Made by a program: the position numbers and the translations under genes. Below are positions 55,492 through 64,000 of a stretch of 64,000 nt of DNA, one piece after another (the first letter of the stretch is position 1; each line of letters opens with the position of its first letter). The notes beneath the pieces are model-generated. The model was given only the letters and a program-made list of their open reading frames with translations, did not search any database and had not been told where the DNA came from. The stretch lies in IMG/VR virus record IMGVR_UViG_3300012944_000001, positions 47,915 to 111,914 of that record; one strand, 5' to 3'. Source of the stretch: a virus.

Positions 55492-55728
55492 ATGCAAGAA
55501 TCTTATAATATTTATGATCTTTTAGGAAAGATCGAATGGGAAGGCGGCATTGCCGGAGTACTAGACTACGGTATGCGAGATGTTGAAGACTATGATGTTC
55601 CCGATGAGCTTAAGGAAGCTTGGGCGGACATGGCTGAACTCTATGAGGATTTTGAGAGTTCTGCTAGTACAGTAAGTGATCTACTTGACGAGTTTGAAAT
55701 CAAATACAATGCGGATAAGGAGTTCTAA
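55492..55728 (+). CDS. acidic hypothetical protein
   Basis: ATG 55492 with RBS. Confidence 0.6.
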   Translation: MQESYNIYDLLGKIEWEGGIAGVLDYGMRDVEDYDVPDELKEAWADMAELYEDFESSASTVSDLLDEFEIKYNADKEF

Positions 55729-55988
55729 TGGTGGATCGATGGAACGTAGTTGCGGATATTCGGGCATTGGTGAAGGAGTACTCAATTGTTTGGCCTTCCA
55801 CTTATGACAGTCTTGATGAGGCTTTGGCAGACCTAATTGAAACGGCGCTGGATGTTTCTCATGAGGCAGGTTACGATTCAGCAGAGCAAGATCATGAATA
55901 TGATTATGAGAATGGCCGATCTGATGGTTATGATTCTGGTTACGAAGACGGCTATGAGAGCGGATACAATTCTGCGGCAGCCGAATAA
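55728..55988 (+). CDS. acidic protein with GY(D/E)xG repeats
   Basis: DGYDSGYEDGYESGY. Confidence 0.65.
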   Translation: MVDRWNVVADIRALVKEYSIVWPSTYDSLDEALADLIETALDVSHEAGYDSAEQDHEYDYENGRSDGYDSGYEDGYESGYNSAAAE

Positions 55989-56000
55989 GGTCAACTCAAT

Positions 56001-56029
56001 GGGGTTTACAGTAATCTGTAGGCCCTTTT
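56001..56029 (+). terminator. intrinsic terminator
   Basis: gggtttacag/ctgtaggccc + tttt. Confidence 0.7.
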
Positions 56030-56053
56030 GAATTTATCTTACAAAGGAGGAAT

Positions 56054-56281
56054 ATGGAAATACTGAGTTGGATACTTGCAGCAATAGGTATTGTCGGAGT
56101 ATACATATCAGGAAAGAAGAACCGGTGGGGTTGGGCATTAGGCACACTCTATCAATTGCTGTGGATTGTCTATGCTTTCTTCACAGCACAGTACAGTTTT
56201 ATTATTGTTTGTATAGTCTACGCAGTAATTTATATAAAGAATTTCTTTGAATGGAGTGCAGATGAACCAGATAATTCTTGA
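56054..56281 (+). CDS. PnuC-like small membrane protein
   Basis: 3 TM; G.K.RWGW..G...Q.LW. Confidence 0.7.
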   Translation: MEILSWILAAIGIVGVYISGKKNRWGWALGTLYQLLWIVYAFFTAQYSFIIVCIVYAVIYIKNFFEWSADEPDNS

Positions 56282-56936
56282 GGGTATTGTAGGATCTACC
56301 GCTTACGGGCTTGCCACTCCAGAATCCGACATTGACAAACTAGGAATTTATATCCAGCCTACAGAAGATTTCTATGGACTTAAGTTGTGGACCGAAAAGG
56401 ATTTTTCTATAGTTACAACTAATCCAGATAGAACTTTACATGAGCTGGGTAAGTTCTGTCGTCTTGCATTGAAGTGCAACCCTACAATCACAGAACTCTT
56501 ATGGATTCCGGAAGAGCTTATTACGCTTCATACTCCAGAAGGAATTCTTTTGCGTATGATGGCAAAGAACTTCCTGTCTGCCCAACTTGTCAAGGATGCG
56601 TACCTAGGCTATGCTAAGTCTCAACTGACTAGGCTAGAGGACCGAGGAGACTTCGGATCTGACCTGAAGAAGCGCACGAAGAAGCATGCCAGACACTTGC
56701 TCAGGCTCCTCAATCAGGGGTACACTCTGTATACAGAAGGGGAGTTGCCTATCAAGGTAGTCGATCCTGCTATGTACCATGAGTTTGGAGAGAAGGTAGC
56801 TGCTGATCCTAGATATGGTCGTTCAGTTCTAGAAGAATTTGAAATCAAGTGGAATAATGCAATTACTGTTCTTCCTGAATCTCCTAATAGGAATTCAATT
56901 GAGAATATTGTAAAGAGTTTTAGAAAATCTAATTGA
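56262..56936 (+). CDS. DNA pol beta-superfamily nucleotidyltransferase (YcgL/RlaP-like)
   Basis: GSTAYGLATPESDID, KF..L.LK.NP...E.L, KHARHLLRL. Confidence 0.88.
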   Translation: MNQIILEGIVGSTAYGLATPESDIDKLGIYIQPTEDFYGLKLWTEKDFSIVTTNPDRTLHELGKFCRLALKCNPTITELLWIPEELITLHTPEGILLRMMAKNFLSAQLVKDAYLGYAKSQLTRLEDRGDFGSDLKKRTKKHARHLLRLLNQGYTLYTEGELPIKVVDPAMYHEFGEKVAADPRYGRSVLEEFEIKWNNAITVLPESPNRNSIENIVKSFRKSN

Positions 56937-56946
56937 GAGGAAAGCA

Positions 56947-57906
56947 ATGACGGAAATCTGGTTGACCAGAGGACTTCCAGCAAGCGGTAAAAGTACGTGG
57001 GCTAAGCGTATGGTCGGACACTGGAAGGACGGAGAGCAGACAATAGATCCTTCCGCCAATTTCGTTCGAGTAAACATGGATGATATTCGTGACATGTTAG
57101 GCTTCGGTTTCAGTAGCGGTACTGGTCTTGGCTGGAGTAAGGAGCTGGAGGAAACTGCTCTTAAGGTTCAGGATACGGCTATTCTTTCGGCCGTTGCTGG
57201 TGGCCATGATGTAATTGTGGACAATACGCATATTGAACAGAAGATGCCTAAGCGTATTAAGCGTCTCTTTGATGGTGAAGTCAATTTTCGTGTTAAGGAT
57301 TTCAGCCACGTGCTTTTACAGGCTTGTCTTACCCGAGATGTTCTGCGTATGGAGAAGGGCCTACCCTATGTAGGCTCCGAAGTTATTAAGAAGATGGCTA
57401 ATCGTATGAAGAATTCGAAATGGAAGTTGACCGAAGCGTGGATGAACGATGTTACTCTATCTGCTCCTTATGCGGCTATCCCGGGCACACCTAAGGCCCT
57501 CCTAGTAGATATTGATGGTACTCTGGCACGACATGACAGCCGTAGTCCTTATGACTACAGCCGTGTTGCACTCGATGGGGTGCACCAGCACATTGCGAAG
57601 CTTGTTCGCATGTATAGCGAGAAGGATTATGTAATCATCCTTCTGTCTGGACGTCCAGACATTGATAGTGTGCGTGCAGATACTGTGAGTTGGTTGAAGG
57701 ACAGGGATATTCTGTTTGATGCCTTGTACATGCGTCCGGCTGACAGACTTCAGGACAATGATGCAGATATCAAGCAGGATCTGTTTGACGAACATATTCG
57801 TAACCAGTACCGTGTGGATATGATGCTTGATGATCGTAACCGTGTAGTGCGTCGTATGCGTAAGCTGGAAATTCCGGTGCTTCAAGTTGCGGAGGGAAAT
57901 TTCTAA
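56947..57906 (+). CDS. pseT: polynucleotide kinase / 3'-phosphatase (T4 PNK-like)
   Basis: GLPASGKST kinase + DIDGTLA...SGR...K...DDR HAD phosphatase. Confidence 0.92.
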   Translation: MTEIWLTRGLPASGKSTWAKRMVGHWKDGEQTIDPSANFVRVNMDDIRDMLGFGFSSGTGLGWSKELEETALKVQDTAILSAVAGGHDVIVDNTHIEQKMPKRIKRLFDGEVNFRVKDFSHVLLQACLTRDVLRMEKGLPYVGSEVIKKMANRMKNSKWKLTEAWMNDVTLSAPYAAIPGTPKALLVDIDGTLARHDSRSPYDYSRVALDGVHQHIAKLVRMYSEKDYVIILLSGRPDIDSVRADTVSWLKDRDILFDALYMRPADRLQDNDADIKQDLFDEHIRNQYRVDMMLDDRNRVVRRMRKLEIPVLQVAEGNF

Positions 57907-58097
57907 TGGCACATAACGAAGACGATATTTATATGCTCCAGATATTCGATGAGGGTATTTGGAAAGATGTAGATTGGACCACTAAGAAGACCGCCGCTAA
58001 AGAGGCCAAACTGTGTGCCAAGAATACTGGGAAGGCCCATAGAGTAATTAATATGAAGGCCAAAGACTATGTATACGTAGAGACTACAGTGATTTAA
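57906..58097 (+). CDS. hypothetical protein
   Basis: coupled ORF. Confidence 0.55.
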   Translation: MAHNEDDIYMLQIFDEGIWKDVDWTTKKTAAKEAKLCAKNTGKAHRVINMKAKDYVYVETTVI

Positions 58098-58322
58098 TTG
58101 ACTATAGATGATCAGGTATATCCTTTCGTTGATGAATATGGATATACCTGGATGGATCCCAGCGGAATGATTCCGCCTCATCCCTTAGAGAAGTTTCCTG
58201 CACCCTGTTTTATATGTAATAGACTGACTAAGAGAATTGATATTGACTATCAAGGATACTTCTGTAATTCTTATGCGTGTGTACTTACTATTGACTTTGA
58301 CTGTAGAGGAATTGAAATATGA
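58098..58322 (+). CDS. Cys-rich hypothetical protein
   Basis: CFIC...FCNSYAC. Confidence 0.55.
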   Translation: MTIDDQVYPFVDEYGYTWMDPSGMIPPHPLEKFPAPCFICNRLTKRIDIDYQGYFCNSYACVLTIDFDCRGIEI

Positions 58323-58481
58323 AATATGAATGGCATAATATAGTACCTATTCCTCCAAAGGAAATTGTAATTACACTTACTCCAGCAGAACTAAGTACTA
58401 TTTCCTATGCTTTACGCGATAGTTGTTTGTTCAAGGATAGTGACTTGACTAAAGCTATAGTGGCAGCAGAGATGGCAAAAG

Positions 58482-58811
58482 ATGACTAAACTAAGACAGA
58501 ACAAGCGATGGTCTTATGACAAATTCACGGATGATGCCAATGTAGTATGGAATATACATAAGAAAGAGGCGTGTATAGGAGAGAATTGTACTATTCACAA
58601 TCCTTCAGATCATCCACTAAAAGATGCGTCTATTATTATTCGTTCCGATCCGTATAAGTACGGTCTGATAGAGAGAATATGCTCTCACCGTATTGGACAC
58701 GGAGATCCTGATAGTGTAGCCTTCTACGCAAGACAGGGCGCACATGGCATGGGGGTACACGGATGTGACGGTTGCTGTAATGGTACCTACGAAGAGATTT
58801 TATATATTTAG
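58482..58811 (+). CDS. Cys/His-rich metal-binding hypothetical protein
   Basis: C.IHNPS.H...ERIC.H.IGH.DPD...HGCDGCC. Confidence 0.7.
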   Translation: MTKLRQNKRWSYDKFTDDANVVWNIHKKEACIGENCTIHNPSDHPLKDASIIIRSDPYKYGLIERICSHRIGHGDPDSVAFYARQGAHGMGVHGCDGCCNGTYEEILYI

Positions 58812-58820
58812 GAGATTAAA

Positions 58821-59006
58821 ATGAGTACGGCACCAATGCCCGATCCTTTTGAAGGTGATTGGACTCCTGAGCTGGAAGAGGATGTTCGTTCCGCGTTTGA
58901 TGGACTCCCCTTTGAGCTTTTGGACGACGATCTTATAGAGCAGGAAGTCGCTGGTTTTGCTGAACGTCTTGCTCAATCACCTGACGGAGTAGATCCTTTT
59001 GCTTAA
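58821..59006 (+). CDS. acidic hypothetical protein
   Basis: AGGAG RBS. Confidence 0.55.
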   Translation: MSTAPMPDPFEGDWTPELEEDVRSAFDGLPFELLDDDLIEQEVAGFAERLAQSPDGVDPFA

Positions 59007-59451
59007 AGGAGAGTTAAGTTCAGAAACTCTTCCACGTGTATATGTGGTATTCGAAAATTTAATAGGTCTATTGCCTAATGCCAAAGACCGAACCGCAGAA
59101 TTGTTGGCGCGGAAAAGGAAGAAATGGGAGCAGGCAATAGACTATTATCAATTGAATATCAAAACTTCACAGGGATTACGGGATTTATATTGGAGACAAC
59201 ACTTTAGGGTGGATGTTATTACCTTTATAGATCCCGGTTTTGTTTCTGCTATTCGGGACAAATTAAATAGCCGTAGTCTCTTATTCGGAGACGTACACTA
59301 TTACGACACAGAATTGCTATTAGCAGATCTTACCTATGATCCTGCCATCCTTGCCGTGCTGGATCCTGATCCAAAGCATGTGCTACTGTGGGGCAGCAAG
59401 GGGAGATACTGTGCATCAGATCAGTTCAATCTCATTAACTTACTGGCTTAG
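58999..59451 (+). CDS. hypothetical protein upstream of DnaB
   Basis: 150 aa ORF. Confidence 0.65.
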   Translation: MLKGELSSETLPRVYVVFENLIGLLPNAKDRTAELLARKRKKWEQAIDYYQLNIKTSQGLRDLYWRQHFRVDVITFIDPGFVSAIRDKLNSRSLLFGDVHYYDTELLLADLTYDPAILAVLDPDPKHVLLWGSKGRYCASDQFNLINLLA

Positions 59452-59459
59452 GAGGCATT

Positions 59460-60728
59460 TTGGCGACCACATTCAATGTTGAGAAATTGTTTGTTTCTAA
59501 GATTATTCAGGATGGAAATCTGACAGAGGTCGCAGACGTTCCTCCTTACTTTCTCAATGATCCAGATTATAGAAATGCTTTTGAGTATATTCGTAAATAC
59601 TATGCAGACATTGGATCAGTACCTACTCTCAGAGTATTCCTGTCTGACTGTCCTAGGATCTCTCTTGTAGAAGTTCCGGAATCCTGGATAGATATCAAGA
59701 GAAGATTGGAACGCCAGTATATTGCGGGAGTTCTATCAGAGAATCTTGATAAATTCAACGATGCATTTGAGGAAGGGGACATTGATGCTGCGGTAAACTT
59801 TCTCGGTATCACTGTCTCCAAGGTACATACAGCAATTCCTAATAGCCGCGACGTGGATGTCTCAAAGAACGGTGATGAGAGGCTTGCACGGTACCTAGAA
59901 CGGAAGAACAACCCAGGTACCCTAGTCGGTGTCCCCACCGGTTTTCCAACGATCGACAGAGCCACACAGGGCCTTCAACCCGGTCAGCTTGTTACTTTGA
60001 CAGGTCTGGCCAAGGCTAGTAAATCCACGCTGGCTATGCGTATCGCCATGTCTGTACAGGAATCAGGAAAGCGTGTACTGTATCTCACGTACGAACAGAC
60101 TGTAGAGGAACAAGAGCGTAGGCTTGATGCCTATCGCGCGGGCTTCAATGACAACCTTCTTAACAGTGGAAATATTGATGATGACAATTGGCGGAAACTA
60201 CAAGAGGCAGTTCACATAACTGAGAATTTGCCTCCTATGACTATCTCTGAAGACTGTATGACTGTCACAGCCATTGGTGCAAAGATCGATGTCATCAAAC
60301 CCGATATCGTCATTGTTGATGGTGTATATATGATGGAGGACGAAAATGGTGCGGATCGTGGCAGTGCCATGGCCCTTGCCAATATCGTGTCAGGGTTGAA
60401 GTTCTTGGCCATGCGACGTAGTATCTGTGTGCTGGCTGTAACGCAGTCCACACCAGCACGTACTAAGGGCGAAGTTCTTAACAACGATTCCATCATGGGT
60501 AGCCGTGCATTTATTCAGTATTCCAATACTGTAATCGGCATTGAGCGTACTGAAGATAATCGCATGCGAAAGGTTAAGATTCTTCTTTCCCGTTCTTGCG
60601 CTCCTTGTGAGATCGTGCTACTGTTTGACTACGATACTGGCCAGTTTGTAGAGCTGGAAGATTTCGATATGGACGATGCTATCGACAGGGAGTTAGCGGA
60701 TGAGGAAGAATTCGATAACAATTTCTAA
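59460..60728 (+). CDS. dnaB: DnaB-like replicative helicase
   Basis: GVPTGF..ID....GLQPG.L......K..KST, VIVDG, VTQ. Confidence 0.92.
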   Translation: MATTFNVEKLFVSKIIQDGNLTEVADVPPYFLNDPDYRNAFEYIRKYYADIGSVPTLRVFLSDCPRISLVEVPESWIDIKRRLERQYIAGVLSENLDKFNDAFEEGDIDAAVNFLGITVSKVHTAIPNSRDVDVSKNGDERLARYLERKNNPGTLVGVPTGFPTIDRATQGLQPGQLVTLTGLAKASKSTLAMRIAMSVQESGKRVLYLTYEQTVEEQERRLDAYRAGFNDNLLNSGNIDDDNWRKLQEAVHITENLPPMTISEDCMTVTAIGAKIDVIKPDIVIVDGVYMMEDENGADRGSAMALANIVSGLKFLAMRRSICVLAVTQSTPARTKGEVLNNDSIMGSRAFIQYSNTVIGIERTEDNRMRKVKILLSRSCAPCEIVLLFDYDTGQFVELEDFDMDDAIDRELADEEEFDNNF

Positions 60729-61689
60729 AGGATGGTCTGGTACTCCGATTCCTTCGGATGTATTAAGCTGTTTAGAGGATTTGGAAATCGATATCATCCG
60801 AACTACTTCTTATGAAGCTTGGGCCATTTGTCCGGGACATTACTCTCGCGTTGGGCGCAAGAATGTACGTCCGGACAAATGGTCTGTCAATCTAGAAACA
60901 GGGCAACATAGTTGCTTTAGTTGTGGTTTTCGTGGTTCATTCGTTTACCTAGTCCAGGAGGTCAAAGGATATGATCGGCATGACGCAGAGCAGTGGGTCC
61001 GTAGTCGTGGTGGAGTCCAACGATTACGACGAATTCTGGCTGATTCCGCGAGGAGGGCTTCACATCTCCAAGGAGACTCGGGGATACAACCCTGGAATGA
61101 AGCTCGACTGGCGTTCTTCACTGATCCGCCAGACTCCGCACGACTGGCACGAGGAGTTTCTTCGGGAGCGGTAGAACATTACGGCGTCCTATGGGATTCT
61201 AAAGAAGATAACTGGATTCTCCCCATACGTAGTCCAGAAACTGGGCAACTATGGGGACTCCAGGAAAAAGGGAAAGGTTGGTTCTGTAATAAACCCACAA
61301 GAGTTAGAAAATCAGAAACGCTATTTGGAATTGAATCTTTCCAGAGTAAGACCGCAATCCTCTTGGAAAGTCCGCTTGATTGTCTGCGGCTTTATGCTGC
61401 TGGCGTGTATGGTGGACTTTCTTCTTTCGGTGTAAATGTATCTGATGCTCAATTGGATATGCTATTTGATAGAGCAGAAGAGGTAATATTTGCTCTAGAT
61501 AATGATGAAGCCGGATTAAAAAAGATGTGGGATTTGCGTAATAGATATCTTCGTAGTGGTAGAAGAATTAAATTTATAAACTATTCACACATTCCTTGGG
61601 CCAAGGATCTTGGTACTGAGGGAGTAACAGATGAAGATATCCACACAGCTATTCAAACAGCAAGAAATATGATATCGTTTCGACCATGA
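60700..61689 (+). CDS. dnaG: DNA primase (Zn finger + TOPRIM)
   Basis: CP.H...CFSC.F.G; ES.LD; ALDNDEAG; KD.G. Confidence 0.9.
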   Translation: MRKNSITISKGWSGTPIPSDVLSCLEDLEIDIIRTTSYEAWAICPGHYSRVGRKNVRPDKWSVNLETGQHSCFSCGFRGSFVYLVQEVKGYDRHDAEQWVRSRGGVQRLRRILADSARRASHLQGDSGIQPWNEARLAFFTDPPDSARLARGVSSGAVEHYGVLWDSKEDNWILPIRSPETGQLWGLQEKGKGWFCNKPTRVRKSETLFGIESFQSKTAILLESPLDCLRLYAAGVYGGLSSFGVNVSDAQLDMLFDRAEEVIFALDNDEAGLKKMWDLRNRYLRSGRRIKFINYSHIPWAKDLGTEGVTDEDIHTAIQTARNMISFRP

Positions 61690-63257
61690 CTTTTACCGGA
61701 GAATTAAGGCGATACCAAGAACAGGCAAAAGCCCTCATCACACAACGTGAGAGGGCTTTGCTTGCGTTGGACTTAGGTACAGGGAAAACAATCGTATCTA
61801 TTGCGGCTATAGAAGAATTAAGAGAGGCAGGGAAGATTAAATGTGCACTTCTGATTATGAGCAGCAGCCTGACAAAGCAGTGGGAACAGAAAATTCAGGA
61901 ATTTACGGATTCCTCTGTGAGGATAGTAGACGGCTCTACCTTACCGAAGAAACGATTGAGTATCTACGAAGAAATTTTGTCAGCGCCTCCCGATTATATG
62001 ATTATGGGTTTACGTCAAGCAGTCTCGGATATGCCGTTCATACAAAAGCTGAATCCAGATCTTGTTCTTGTGGACGAAGTAACGAACATAAAGAACTTCG
62101 GTACTCAACAAACTAAAGCCATTAAGAAAATAAAATCTAGGTATCGCATAGGTTTAACTGCTGAACCAGTAGAGAATGGTAAGGCGGAAGAACTATTTTC
62201 TATTATGCAATGGATAGATGATTCGGTATTAGGTAATTGGAGAGAGTTCGAAAGTAATTATATTACTCGTAATTCTTATAACATCATTACAGGTTATAAG
62301 AATATGCCCGAATTAAATAACAGGTTAATGGATGCCTGTATATCAAAGAGAAGAACTGATCCTGATGTGGCAGAATTCATGCCAACCGTTGAAGAATACA
62401 ATTGCTATGTGGAGATGGATGATGTTACCGCAAAAATCTATAAACAAATTGCCCGAGAACTTTATGGAGAACTTAGATCCGCAGATCCGCAAGCGAGTAG
62501 AGAACTTGCTAGCTACTATTCAGGTGAGCGAGATTCCAATATTGACAGCACAGGACTGGGTAAGATTACCTCCCGTCTTCTCGCCTGTCAGCTCTTACTA
62601 GATGATCCATCCCTCTTAGAAGCCTCTGCACGGGCCTACAACGACCCAGAAAATCCTATGGGTAGTCGGTATGCCTCTCAGCTCTTAGAAGCTGGCAGAC
62701 TGTCTCCTAGCGGCACTCACGGGGCCAAACTGAGTGCCTGTGTGGAGCTGGTAGAAGAATACATGGCGGCTGATCCCGAACATAAGGTAATTGTCTTTGC
62801 TCGATTTAAAGGCGTTCTCCCATTGTTGAGAGACCGCCTATCTACCTATAATCCTGTCCTATTTACTGGAGACTTAAATGGAAAACAACGAGGAGAAGCA
62901 ATATTTCGATTTACAAACGACCCTGACACTAGACTTTTCCTATCCTCAGACGCAGGAGGATATGGAGTGGATTTGTGGTGCGCTAGCCACCTTCTTAACT
63001 ATGACTTACCGAACTCTTCGGGAGCGTTCAAACAAAGAAATGGACGACACGTGCGAGCTTCGTCTAAATTCCGGAAAGTCTACATCGACAATCTCATTGT
63101 CAGCGGGTCCATCGAAGAATACCAACTCACAAGACTCAAATACAAAGCCAGAGTAGCCAACGCAGTACTGACTGGAATGTCAGACGTGCATGGTAAAGTA
63201 ACTAATGATGCCAAGAGCTTGACGAAGTTTTTGGAAAACTATTTGGAGAATAAATGA
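61686..63257 (+). CDS. SNF2-family helicase
   Basis: LR.YQ, DLGTGKT, VDE, LTA.P.EN, AGGYG.DL, QR.GR..R. Confidence 0.92.
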   Translation: MTFTGELRRYQEQAKALITQRERALLALDLGTGKTIVSIAAIEELREAGKIKCALLIMSSSLTKQWEQKIQEFTDSSVRIVDGSTLPKKRLSIYEEILSAPPDYMIMGLRQAVSDMPFIQKLNPDLVLVDEVTNIKNFGTQQTKAIKKIKSRYRIGLTAEPVENGKAEELFSIMQWIDDSVLGNWREFESNYITRNSYNIITGYKNMPELNNRLMDACISKRRTDPDVAEFMPTVEEYNCYVEMDDVTAKIYKQIARELYGELRSADPQASRELASYYSGERDSNIDSTGLGKITSRLLACQLLLDDPSLLEASARAYNDPENPMGSRYASQLLEAGRLSPSGTHGAKLSACVELVEEYMAADPEHKVIVFARFKGVLPLLRDRLSTYNPVLFTGDLNGKQRGEAIFRFTNDPDTRLFLSSDAGGYGVDLWCASHLLNYDLPNSSGAFKQRNGRHVRASSKFRKVYIDNLIVSGSIEEYQLTRLKYKARVANAVLTGMSDVHGKVTNDAKSLTKFLENYLENK

Positions 63258-63823
63258 CAAACGCCTTTGAAGGAATACAGTTTCGCTCCCGTAGAAATAC
63301 TTTTGTCGCATTTAATGAGGAGCCCTATGAAGACTGGCAAGACATGCCCCTTTTCTGGACAACTACGGTGTTCTCTTCTGGTACACAGTTTAGAGTGACA
63401 CCGGTAGATCAGTTTGAGGTATTAGCCAGCGGTTCCGGAGAAAATTTTACAGAAAGATTCATGACTAAGACTAAAGCTATGGAACGAGCTTCCAAAATGC
63501 TTTCTGATGGTCAAAATGTAAGTATAAAGGTTGTGGACAAAACCCCAGATATAACTACACGATTATTTAATAGTAATGTGCAGTTTTGTGCAGTAGGCAC
63601 TGAAGTTTGGAGATCTATCAACTATATAAATCTGGCTAATATTACTGGTCCAGTAACTTTCAGAGTTCGTCCAGACCATCATTTTCAAGTAGTGTTCTCT
63701 AATCCACTACAGAACGCCACTATTGATTTTGATGACGTGAACAGACTAGCCAAGTATGTGGAGTCCAAGATTCGCACAGGCACATACGATTTCACAGTAA
63801 AGGCAATTAAATATGGTGTCTAA
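63254..63823 (+). CDS. hypothetical protein (internal duplication)
   Basis: two similar halves: (I/V)QF...FRV.P...F.V. Confidence 0.65.
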   Translation: MTNAFEGIQFRSRRNTFVAFNEEPYEDWQDMPLFWTTTVFSSGTQFRVTPVDQFEVLASGSGENFTERFMTKTKAMERASKMLSDGQNVSIKVVDKTPDITTRLFNSNVQFCAVGTEVWRSINYINLANITGPVTFRVRPDHHFQVVFSNPLQNATIDFDDVNRLAKYVESKIRTGTYDFTVKAIKYGV

Positions 63824-64000
63824 TATCTCTATTAAAACTAAAACCGCAGCCTATTTATTGCTCAAGAAAGAAATTGAGCAGAAGAAGGCTCAGCAAGAGC
63901 AGTTGAAGAAGGAATTGGAGCCCTATCTTCTGGCGGCAGAGACTAACGCTAGAGGTTCCCATGTGCTAGCGTTTGATACTCCGCTGGAAGTCAATGGACA
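63813..64000 (+). CDS. partial ORF running off the window
   Basis: MVSNISIKTKTAAYLLLKKEIEQKK... open to the window end. Confidence 0.55.
   Translation, partial: MVSNISIKTKTAAYLLLKKEIEQKKAQQEQLKKELEPYLLAAETNARGSHVLAFDTPLEVNG

Noticed and set aside
29174-60496. Minus-strand ORFs within structural and replication genes
   Set aside because: Antisense shadows of well-supported plus-strand genes.
1-64000. Prophage or integrated element
   Set aside because: No integrase, immunity cassette or host genes are visible in the window.

Overview
This window is 64 kb of an AT-rich, apparently lytic myovirus (contractile-tailed phage). The host is probably an actinomycete such as Streptomyces; this is inferred from gene organisation and promoter style, not confirmed by a search. 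Layout: (i) 1.8-13.7 kb is an RNA island with 29 tRNA genes covering all 20 amino acids, many microproteins and structured spacers. It also holds a Ro60/TROVE gene preceded by five tandem covarying Y-RNA-like genes (one carrying a circularly permuted tRNA domain) and a 79-nt miniature tmRNA that has only the tRNA-like domain. (ii) 14-19 kb has an Rnl1-type RNA ligase, a metallophosphoesterase, a MazG-like protein and a KTSC protein. (iii) 19-52 kb has terminase, an Acb2/Tad1-like protein, portal, scaffold, capsid, neck, two beta-helix fibres, sheath, tube, a chaperone with a probable +1 frameshift, tape measure and baseplate. (iv) 52-64 kb is a replication/early block: DnaC-like loader, PnuC-like protein, Pol-beta nucleotidyltransferase, PNK/phosphatase, DnaB, primase and SNF2 helicase. 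A perfect 44-bp promoter-containing sequence occurs twice in inverted orientation (874-917 and 52057-52100). The best candidate for a novel system is a phage RNA-repair/tRNA-mimic module: Y-RNA array + Ro60 + Zn-ribbon microprotein + mini-tmRNA + Rnl1/PNK/NTase. All calls come from manual motif reading; no database searches were run.
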